Position numbers and translations under genes: made by a program
The notes under the pieces: generated by a model
What the model was told of the DNA's origin: nothing
Databases searched by the model: none
What the model saw: the letters and a program-made list of their open reading frames with translations, nothing else
Shown here: positions 49,301 to 61,300 of the stretch, piece after piece
How positions within the stretch are numbered: position 1 is the first letter of the stretch
How the letters are laid out: each line of letters begins with the position of its first letter
NCBI RefSeq assembly: GCF_031769215.1
Contig: NW_026782051.1
Location: forward strand, 1,054,001-1,118,000
Length of the DNA: 64,000 nucleotides
Origin: Ylistrum balloti
Lineage: Eukaryota
Direction of reading: 5' to 3'

Positions 49301-52300
49301 CCCCATAGGGGCATTGCTTAATCTCACATTACAAATCATAATTAAGGATACAAGACAACCATCTCCACATCCCCCTTAAGTTTGGTTCTTCGTTCACTAC
49401 ATGGGCATTGTGCTCTACATTCATTGTCTGAAAAGAAAAACCTTGTAAGTAGTGAATGAAATACATTATGCACAACTGATCACTTTTAACCCCAAAATCA
49501 ATTAATACATCACCATGAAAGCAAAACTGAATATTTCTAAATTTTCATTTTCTTATTTTTTTTTACATTATAATCACAAGCTGCATCTTCAGGAAAAACA
49601 GCTGTACCACACCTTCATTCAAAGCTAGACAAGATCAAAGCTATCACAATACATTGACATGTTGACCTATTGTTACACCACTATTAATCATGATAAATTT
49701 AAGTTAAGTGACTGAAACAGCAATTTATGTCATCCTAGCATTGCTGGTAGTGACTGAGTATGTATGTGGATGTTACTTTTACCAATCGTTATTGAGCAAA
49801 GATCCAGTCATTACATGCTTCATTCTAGGAATCTACATGTATATTGCTTGTTTATCAGTTCATTATATTACAAACTTTGTGCATGTCTGGAAAATTATGA
49901 TAATTTTATATCTCAAATTATTTCTGTACAATAAAAGAACTTGAAATGATAATGAAAAGAGCAAGATTAATGAACTAAACTTGTTTTATACCATTCTTCA
50001 ACAATTTGAAATACCTCACTTATTGTCATATGTGATTGGAAGATCAAGATTGAATAAGTGTGTTTGTGTTGCTATTTATGTATTATACTATGCAAAAGTC
50101 AAGAACTGAGCAAACAAAACACCAGATCAAAGCTACCACATTGTTGTTGTGAGAAGTGTCAATTTTTTTGAGTTGCTGTAACTATGTACTGAAAACATAG
50201 AATATAAAGTAGTATTTATAAATTTGTAATGTTAAATCTGTCCATGCTACAATATCACTGTAATTTCAATTGTATACAGCTGGTTCTATAATAGTAGCAC
50301 CTCTTTTTGCTTTCAGGTACCCTGGTTCCAACCCCAGTTGTACACAAACCTGGCTCATAACAGTCTATCCCGGTACTTGCTACATCTAGTTCTTCTTTTC
50401 CTATCAACTGAATACAGTACATTCACAATAAAGTTATAAAATAAAAGATTGTATAAAATTTCCACCTCCAGTATGAATTAGTGTGTTTTACCTGTGTACC
50501 GTATCCTTTCCTGACTCGTTGTTGAATTCTTTCTGATATGTCTATCGTATCACTTTCTTTTGATGAAACAACATCCACCATCCTTCTCCCACATGCCCAG
50601 GAGAGGTGAAACTGTGAGGACCACATCTAAAACAAAGGTAAATAATACCTTAATATACCAGATCCAAAACAAATTCAGGTCAATTATATCTACACATACC
50701 TCATCTAAAGATAGGTAAATTATACCTACAAATACCTGATCTAAAACACAGGTAAATTATACCTACAAATACCTGATCTAAAACACAGGTAAATTATACC
50801 TACAAATACCTGATCTAAAACACAGGTAAATCATACCTACAAATACCTGATCTAAAACACAGGTAAATCATACCAACATATACTAGATCCAAAACACATT
50901 CAGGTTAATTACACCTATAAATACCTGAATTAAAACTATCTAATTAAATTATATCTACAAACACCAGATTTAGAACGAAGGTAAATCACACCTGTAAATA
51001 CCAGATCTAAATCATGGGTAACTTACACTTACATATATCAGATCTGACACAGGCAGATTACCCTACAAATACCGGAGAGAAAACTTTGTAATACAGTGTT
51101 TAGTTGATTATGGAGACTGGGATCCCTTCACCAATTTGGAGAACTTTTGAAACAGATTTCATAATACAGGTATTTACCACTGGGATTCTTTCGTGTACAG
51201 TAATGTCCTTGACTGCCCCAGTTTGTGATATGGTCAACATACGATTTTCTTCCATTGGGTGCCAGGAAAAAGCGGTGCATTGATTGGGAAGACCTGGGCA
51301 CAACAAAAAAAAAACAACAACTCCTTTTCATATCTATCAATTAGCATATAATAACACAGAAATAATGAAAATTATTCAATAATGTGTTATCAGTATTACA
51401 TTTTTTTATTAATGATATCACAAATAATACCTGTATACCAATGTAAAGCAAATCCCCAAAACAGTTACAGTGGCGATTTCAAATTTCTGCAAATTTTCCT
51501 CCTTTGTTCCAGCTTAGGTAATGTTGTCACCATCATTTATCTATTGTACTTCTAGGTACTTTGGCTACTTACTTTAAAATAAACAATTCCTCAGCAGTGC
51601 TACTAATATCATAAACTGGGCAGAACTTAGACACTAAGTCTGTATGTTAAAGCAAAAACTTCGGTCTTTTTTCTTTTCTACAAACATTAATCTTCCACAT
51701 TTGAGATGGAACAGAAACAACAGATTAAACTGTAATTACTCACAAATCAAAGACTCTTCTAAAGTAATGTACTTACACTGAATATTCCTCTCTATAATAG
51801 CAGGATCCAACTCATCAGCACCTATACCAACAGACAAAGCAGACTAATCAAATAATGTTGATATCTATGATAAGTTTGCTTTCACCTTAGTGATGGAAAT
51901 GGGCTGGACAACCTAAACATGCAAGAAAAACACAAAGTGCAAATCCGGCAAGAAAACATACAATCGTGTGTGTCCAAAACTATCTGGCTGAATATCATTA
52001 GTTTTCAGAATTTCTGCATAAAACAGAGCTGTTGAACAAACATATTTCTGGAAGTGTTAAAATATGCAGTATAGGTAAAAATGAAACATTCCAATGGTTC
52101 ATCATTACATGTTTTCAAGGAAATAAAAAAATTGTACACTTTGAGCTCCAAGATCCAGTACAGATGCACGTGTCTATCGATCATAGATTAAGTCTGTGCC
52201 TTCTGGACCATTTCAGCTGGATAACATAAAAACTTATTAATCAGTACCTGTCTCTATAGACAAGGGAGATAAATCAGTATGTTGATATATACAGTCAGAC

Positions 52301-55300
52301 ATCAGTACCTGTCTCTTGTACAAGGGAGATAAATCAGTATGTTGATATAGGAAGACATCTACAGTAGTTTTATCAGCACCCATCTCAATAGACATGGGTG
52401 ATAAATCAGTGTAGGATTATATACAAAAAGACATCAGAACCTGTCTCTATAAACAAGGGTGATAAATTAGTGTCTGTTGATATATACAGGCAGACCTCAG
52501 CACCTGTCTCTATAAACATTGGTGATAAATCAGTGTATGTCAGCACCTGTCTCTATAAAACAAGGTTGATAAATCAGTGTCTGTTGATATATACAGGCAG
52601 ACATCAGCACCTGTCTCTATAAAACAAGGGAGCTAAATCAGTGTCTACTGATATTTACAAATTGACATCTACAATAAGGTGCCTTTTGCATATCATGACT
52701 GAAATGGTCCAGGTCGCATGAAATTATGAACAACCACAACAACACCAAACAATTCATGTCTCCATCTCCTGAGAGGCACAATTTCTTCATGCTGGTATTA
52801 CAAAACCACCCATGTCAGATCCTAACCCAATGTTACAAACTCTGATGCTCCATTGATTCAGTCATTGTGGCCTTGCCTTGTTGCTTAACCTTGCGTTTGG
52901 GTTCCGATTAGGTAGTGTAATCACCTTCCTCTCCAATGATACAACTTAAATTTCACAAAATGTAAGTGGTCTACAACAGTTTAGAAATTATTTCTTTCAT
53001 ATGTATCAGCTACGAGTCTTATACACTGCAGATAAAAACTTGACAAGTTTCACAAGGTTGTTTTCGACATATCTCACACAATTATTGTGTATAGAAGTCT
53101 TGTTTTAAAGGCTGCACTTACCCACTGGTATATGACGAATATCATACAGCTTTACAGCTGATGTCTCTTTTGTTAACACTGCTAAGAATCCCATTCTGTA
53201 CAGGAAAAAATAAATCTTTTATTGTAAAGCCATACTTTTTGGATTTAACAAGATGATAAATTGAAACACCAAAAGTTTTCAAAATCATTCATAGTAACAT
53301 GATTATCTCACAGGGGAAATAAATCAAGATGTATATACATGTACCAATAATTAGTCAAATCGGAAATAAAGTGAAATTCTGATACCTTGAATCATCACTG
53401 TCCCAAATTGTAATTAAGGTTACATTAAGATAATAACAGGAAACCTGATCTCCTACAGAGGTTCCTTAGGGACTACAGAATTTTAAACAATAGAAAGCCA
53501 AAATTCAGAGTAAAATTAAACAACAGTTGCTTTTGCTATTTGATTATCTTCATGGATAAGTCAGGATTTCAATAGATGGATGTCTATTACAAAACTCATA
53601 TAAGTATCTATTTATGCTAATATGGAAATTTTAAGCATCAATCCTTCAGTACCTATCTGTATGTAGTATATTTGAATACATGAAATGGGATAAACTGATC
53701 ATTTCACAATTTGCTTGCAATGTCCCTACTGCTTGGATTGGATAATAGGCTCCTAGTTGTAGTTTCAAAAGCATAATAAATGTGTTAAGCTTTCAGCAGT
53801 CTAATTATTATGTTATTAGTCAAGGGCATTTCCATCCATTTATTTGTACGAACTGACCACTAGATGCTCAAAAATGCTTTGAATGGTTATAAAATAGTAC
53901 AAAACATTGAAAAATTTGCAACTTGTGCAAAATGTCCCTTTAACATTGTTAATGTCACCAGTAAGAGTGAAGTCTTACATCCTGCTGCCTCTAATTTCTT
54001 TCCACTTACCTAGTTGGACACCAACCAATTTGGACAACAGCTTTTGTTTCTGGAAATGTCATTATCTAGGTCAAAGGTCAAGGACTCATCAATCCTTATC
54101 TCTTGAGTTTGAGTCTTCATCCATTCACAATTAGAATCCTTCATTTGTTACAATTTTACACTATGGATGTCATATAGTAAAAAAAAATGAAGAAAAGTAT
54201 TGTTTGGGTACAAAAACAATTCCATGTGAATGTATAAGTGACATTTTCACCTAGTGAAAACATCAAGTTTTGACATGTGCAGTCATTTTGGACCAATCAA
54301 ATCACAGTATTTGTAGTGAAAATATAGTTTACAGCTGATCATAACAATACCAAGTTGAACATATGCAAGATACATTGTCCCTTCTATAGTTAGAAACTGG
54401 TTAACTTTCTGTGTGGCAAAGATTAAATACATCCACAGACCAATGAACATTATCTAACATTTAGGTCTAGTTTGAAGATGTACATATCTAATCGCTTTGA
54501 TGCACAACCACCAACAATCATTTTGAGACTTTCCTAATGATAATATAACTAAAACGTATGTGGATCATTGATCATAATGAGATGTAAGAATACCCTTAAT
54601 ATATACTAACTTATTGATTCTGACCAATCAGGTGATATGAAATAAACTAAGTGCAACACGTGTTGAATTTCTTACTTAATTTTATGTCCTACATTTGAAA
54701 CTATTATCAACATTCAGCCAATAAAATATTCCAGTAAAACATGTGCCCTTCAGGAGGACAACATGTTTGTCAAGCAGAGACTATTAAAAGGAGTAATTTA
54801 TTTAAACAGTAGCATGTTATATGCTTCATTTTCTCCCAACCACCATGCACATGAAATTCATCACTTTATGAGTTCTGCTAAAGAATAGCACTAGCTTCAA
54901 CTCCAAATACAATACAATCACATATTAATATTCAATTTGTTTAATTCCAGTCCCTAGTTACTGAACACTTCAATAACACTTCAAACACAAAAAGGATACA
55001 GGTTTATCAAAATTTCTTATATCCCAAACTGATACCTGATTCTGAAAAGATTAAAAAGAAAACAGACTAGTAAAGTAAGTATGAATGATTATGTGAATGG
55101 GGCATTGTACTAACAGTAGTATCTGATAAGTGGGACATTGTACTCACAGTAGTATCTGATAAGTGGGACATTGTACTCACAGTAGTATCTGATAAGTGGG
55201 ACATTGTACTCATAGTAGTATCTGTTAAATGGGACATTGTACTCACAGTAGTATCTGATAAGTGGGACATTGTACTCACAGTAGTATCTGATAAGTGGGA

Positions 55301-58300
55301 CATTGTACTCACAGTAGTATCTGTTAAATGGGACATTGTACTCACAGTAGTATCTGATAAGTGGGACATTGTACTCACAGTAGTATCTGATAAGTGGGAC
55401 ATTGTACTCACAGTAGTATCTGTTAAATGGGACATTGTACTCACAGTAGTATCTGTTAAATGGGACATTGTACTCACAGTAGTATCTGATAAGTGGGACA
55501 TTGTACTCATAGTAGTATCTGTTAAATGGGACATTGTACTCACAGTAGTATCTGATAAGTGGGACATTGTACTCACAGTAGTATCTGATAAGTGGGATAT
55601 TGTACTCATAGTAGTATCTGTTAAATGGGACATTGTACTCACAGTAGTATCTGATAAGTGGGACATTGTACTAACAGTAGTATCTGATAAGTGGGGCATT
55701 GTACTAACAGTAGTATCTGATAAGTGGGACATTGTACTCACAGTAGTATCTGTTAAATGGGACATTGTACTCACAGTAGTATCTGATAAGTGGGACATTG
55801 TACTCACAGTAGTATCTGATAAGTGGGACATTGTACTCACAGTAGTATCTGTTAAATGGGACATTGTACTCACAGTAGTATCTGATAAGTGGGACATTGT
55901 ACTCACAGTAGTATCTGATAAGTGGGACATCGTACTCACAGTAGTATCTGTTAAATGGGACATTGTACTCACAGTAGTATCTGTTAAATGGGACATTGTA
56001 CTCACAGTAGTATCTGATAAGTGGGACATCGTACTCACAGTAGTATCTGATAAGTGGGACATTGTACTCACAGTAGTACCTGTTAAATGGGACATTGTAC
56101 TCACAGTAGTATCTGATAAGTGGGACATTGTACTAACAGTAGTATCTGTTAAGTGGGACATTGTACTCACAGTAGTATCTGTTAAATGGGACATTGTATC
56201 ACAGTAGTATCTTATAAATGGGACATTGTACTCACAGTAGTATCTGATAAGTGGGACATTGTACTCACAGTAGTATCTGTTAAATGGGACATTGTACTAA
56301 CAGTAGTATCTGATAAGTGGGGCATTGTACTAACAGTAGTATCTGATAAGTGGGACATTGTACTCACAGTAGTATCTTATAAATGGGACATTGTACTCAC
56401 AGAGTTTTCAGAATTTGATACAAAATTACCCTTAGTTTGGATAATGTCTCCTCTTATTTTGCAAGGTTTGGTGTGAATAGGATCATAGTTTGAGCAGGGT
56501 AACAACTGAACATTATTATAGCTGAACATTGCAACAAACTGAACGAGGGTTGCTTTGAACATGAAACAGCTTGAAAAGGATAGGTTTGCTACATGTTTTT
56601 TACCCAGTGTATTTTATTTGAATGGTGACATACCTCATGGAAGGAGGCTAATCTGAAGTGATTCTGTGGGTCCATACAGATACCATACACACTTTTAGTG
56701 TTGGTGGTCATGTGCTGTCTACTCGTCTCTGGTAAACAATTTAGTTGGTTAACAATAACAAAAGTGCAAAATACATATCAATATAACATACACTTTATAA
56801 AGCAATTACTTGCATATTAGGAAATTAAACTTGTTATGTGATAAAGAATGTGTAGTACATATAGGATAAAAGATATCATTTATCATTCACAATCAGGTTT
56901 CCTTTGCATCTTTCAAAGTATTTTTTCCTGTAAACTACAAATAATTTAGACAAGCACAGTGTTTAAAAATTTGTGACAAAGCAATATGTCTGTGAATAAC
57001 ACAGTTGACTCTTTCCTCATCACTCGCAATACCTGTACCTCTCAAATCAAAGATCTTGATGTACTTAGAGCCCAACCCTACTGCAAATGTATTGGAGTCT
57101 TTGTGGGACCAGGCGAGGGATCCTGTAGTGTCACCAGCTCCTGCAATTCCAAATCTTAGGTCAGCACAGAAGTGAAAAGTTCAACAACCAGGGAATGGTG
57201 GGTTGATGAAGGCTCTACATGCTTAAAATTAAGTAAGTACTTTTCGGATAAAATCTGATGATCCTAAAACAGAATCTGATTTATGAAATTGTACACAGTA
57301 TATTATCCAATCAAAGTTCTATCACCGAAGAATGGTTACTCTGGTATACTAATGGAATACCACTATAATATAGATCCAAGCCCTATTTGAGGCCAGTAAA
57401 AACTTTGTTACTGTAGTGAAATGTACCCAATTCTGAAATAGGCTTGGTGATAACACTGGATTCACTTAAAGAGGAACTGTAACGTTGTCGCTCCAAAGTT
57501 GATGTCATTTCACTGCTTGGCTTTGAGTGGATATCCCAAATAAGGATGCAGGGGTCACTTCGGTACTTTTCAAGACCTTCTGCTATCTGGAAACACAACA
57601 AGAATGATGGTACATATAATCAGGGCCCAGATATGTTGTAATCAGTACCCAGATACTATATGATAAGGATCCAGATATGATATAACAAGGATCAAGAAGT
57701 GATATAATCAGGGCTCAGATGTGATGTAATCAGGACTCGTATAATAAAATCAGGACCCTGATACAATATAATTAGGACCCAAATATAATATAACATCAGG
57801 GCTCAGGTACTGTATAATATAATAAGACCTAGCTTTGATTATTTAGGCCAAAAAAGCTATCAAGGTAGTATTGTGATATTAAAATTACTAATGTAATATT
57901 ATTGCAACAGTTACTTAGTCAAGTGTTGTAAAGTGATATTTGTTACACTTTGTTATATTTTCATTTTACTTATTTCATACAAAAACATGCTGTTCTGTGA
58001 TATTTGTTGTGAAATATGATTTTCATAGAAGTCTTAGTTTTACAATAAATCTAGTATAATTTCCTCTTTTTTTCAACTTGTTTCATGTTTTAAAAGATTA
58101 TCAACATGTTGAAAAACAATATGTATAGACTTAGTAAAGGTAGGATCATATAGCTATTTATCAAATGAAGTTACTCGTACTTTCACAAAAGGTAAGGTAA
58201 TTGTGATCAGTTTTGAGACACATTTGTCGTAAACTTTCACATAACCAAATTGCTGTTCTACCCCAACTTTTGTCATTTTATTGGCAAGGGAACAATTTTA

Positions 58301-61300
58301 AAAATGCTGCTACCTTCTGCCATGTTGTGTATCGAATTGGTCATTTCAAGGATGGGTCTGAAAGACCTGGAGTTAAAGAAGTCACCACCTCCCTTACAAT
58401 ACTTAGTAGATTTAATTAAATCATATCAGAAACAATAACGATATAACACTTATTCAAGATATAAACTCTCATCAATGTAACAACTTGTGCTTAAAATTCT
58501 CTTTCCATTCTAAGCAGGTGATTGTGTCTCGGAACATTAGTGCTACCCCTGATCAAGGTCCCAAAAATGCTTTCATAAATAAATGAAGGCTTGCAGCTGT
58601 TTTGTAATAACTTGATGAAAAACTTGTTTTTAAGAAGCATTTTTGTTGAGTTAATAAAATATCATTAACAATATATAGTTGACCAAAATATCACAATGTG
58701 AAAATATGCTATCAACCTATTGCGATCAAGAGCAATGCTATTACAATATATTGATAAGATGACCTATTGTTACACGACTATTCAGACCCAGATATAATAT
58801 AATCAGGACACAGATATAATATAATCAGAAGCCAGATATGATACCATAAAGACCCAGATACAATATAATCAGGTACAAGGTTTTGCTCTTAATGATGTGA
58901 AATTTGAACATTCCTTTGCAGAAATAGCGATAATAATCCTTAGTTGCATTATCGAAAATGGCCAACTGTCAGTCATTTTATTTTTCTGATCAGTCCCAAA
59001 ATAATTACTTTGCCAAATTGGAGATAGCCACCTGTCAGTTATTTTGATCTTCCGATCAGTTCCAAAATCAAACAAGCACAACTAACCAAGCAAGAGTAAC
59101 CTAACCATGGAATTTGAAAAATATCTTTGCCATAGTTCTCAAGAAATAGGGATAACAAAAAGTGTTTATGGAAGGACCGACAACAGATGGCAGACAACAG
59201 ACATAGGTTGGGCTAAAATGTCCTTCCAAATGTAAAGTTTGAGAATGATTTCTAATTTTATTTTCTCTCAAACTTCATATCTGTTCATACTTTTAAGTGA
59301 ACCTGAAAATTTACCAAATTGGTGTCCAATGGATTCCATGCCAAGTATACACACGACCTAGTATGTTTTGGACCTGAAAGATAAAAAATATTTTTGTAAT
59401 AATTTTCATAATTATTCAAATATTGGAAATATTTTCAATATCTCAACTTGTGATTCAGTGCACTACAATTTGTAAATTACTGGCCATTCCAAAGTTAATA
59501 CAACTTCACTAATGTGTAAAAAAAACTTACTGAATTCTTTTCCCACCAGATCACTGCCACCTGGTTGTCCAAAACTACAATGAAGATTAAATGTTGGGAG
59601 TGAAAAAGATGGATTAAGTTGACAAAAGAACTAGAGAATAGAAGTCCTCACAACACAACCAGAAGAAGATTAGAGTGTGACGTTTTGATGACTTCACAGT
59701 CACCTCCATCAGAAAGTGACCTGTGTGAAGCGTACTAGCACTGACGTTTGAAGTGTACCAGAAAGATAATAATGCTATCAAAGTATTGGTCTATTGACAT
59801 TACCAACCTGAAGGAAATGTTCCAAAAAATGACAAAAGAACTGTTCCTCAATCAATTTGTTTTCAGTGTGAAATATTGTTGAGATGAGAATGACCTAGAT
59901 ATATCTACCTTATTAGAATGATATAGTTAGTAACCAGTTGAGAATGACTTAGTTACCTTGTGAGAATGATCTTGCCATTGGGCTGTCCTACAGCTATTAG
60001 ATTGTCCTGCTCATCTCTGCCAGGATACCATGCAACAGTCTGAAAATAAAACCCTGCTTCATTAACTCTGTTTATAGTAATTTACCTATTATAGCAAAGG
60101 AAATGTAATTCTAATGAGTTGTAGCATCAACAGTATATACTTAAGGAACCATAGTTTTACATCAATGCACGCTTTACCTTTCCACAAAGTATCTACATGT
60201 ATAAAGAAAACGTATGTATAATGGTAATTTTGAAGACATTCAAAACTTCCAACATATATATTTTTTCATGAAAGGCATCTATCAGTAAACTCCCAACAAG
60301 TTCAATTAATAGGGATAAATAAAACCAGATTTTTGTATTCTGTCTTCAAATTCTTTTTCTAACTAGCACTGCATATAAAATTGTTTTTTTAACGCTGAAC
60401 CGTAATTTTAAGCTTAGCTATGCCGATACTTGTACTGCTGTTCTGATGACGGCTAGTCTAGCTAGCCGAAACATGTCAACCTAATAAAACTACCGATCAC
60501 AGAATCCTTGGTGTTGATGCTTCATCCTTTACTTAGTGGTTAGTAACTATGGTCTATGGAGCTCTGCTAGAATCCTTTGGATCCACCAAGGATTCTTCTA
60601 CCGATACATCTACCAACTAGTACCACTCACAGGACGTTGGACTCCTCCAACTCTTTTTATTATTCCAAGTTATCAATTTGTTCAATGCGTATTGTAATTG
60701 ATATGCTGATGACTCACATATCACAGTCATTACTGATGATTTTTTATACCTAAAATAATAGATTATCCAAAATTATAATTCAATATTTTATTTTTTGTCT
60801 AAAAACTACATGATAATGAGATTTAAAAGCATCTTATTAAGAATGATAATGCTCTTACCTTTAGATATTGTATTCCTGAATTGACAGCTACGTGGATACC
60901 ATAGGTGTTATCAGAAAGTCTTGTTGCTGCCAGACAGGAGATGAAAGTGCATCATCTTATTTACTATCAAATAGGGGTATTTAAAGAGCATTCATATATC
61001 ATCTTAACATGCAGAGGTAGTAAAGATATATCATATGCCATGTACACATAACATCCATTATGACTCATCGTAAAACAAAAAACATTCACACATATGCTCT
61101 TACTTCTGAAATATTCTGTATAAATGTTTTAACAAAACACTGAAAACATTCAGTGTTACATGAAAAATGCAAACAGCAATTTAATTCTTCTTTTTTGCTA
61201 ATTTTCCTTCCCTGTTACACTAATTACAATAAGAAATATCAGATATCATTTGAATTACTTTGTCTGCATAAAGTGCAGGAAAAGATAAATGCACTAGATC

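Noticed and set aside
12655-56400. CRISPR-like appearance of the regular arrays
   Set aside because: Units are head-to-tail with no unique spacers, there are no cas genes, and the context is eukaryotic.
55067-56476. 375-aa [11 protein letters not shown] mucin-like ORF
   Set aside because: It lies in MIOS intron 8, and the MIOS frame is complete without it.
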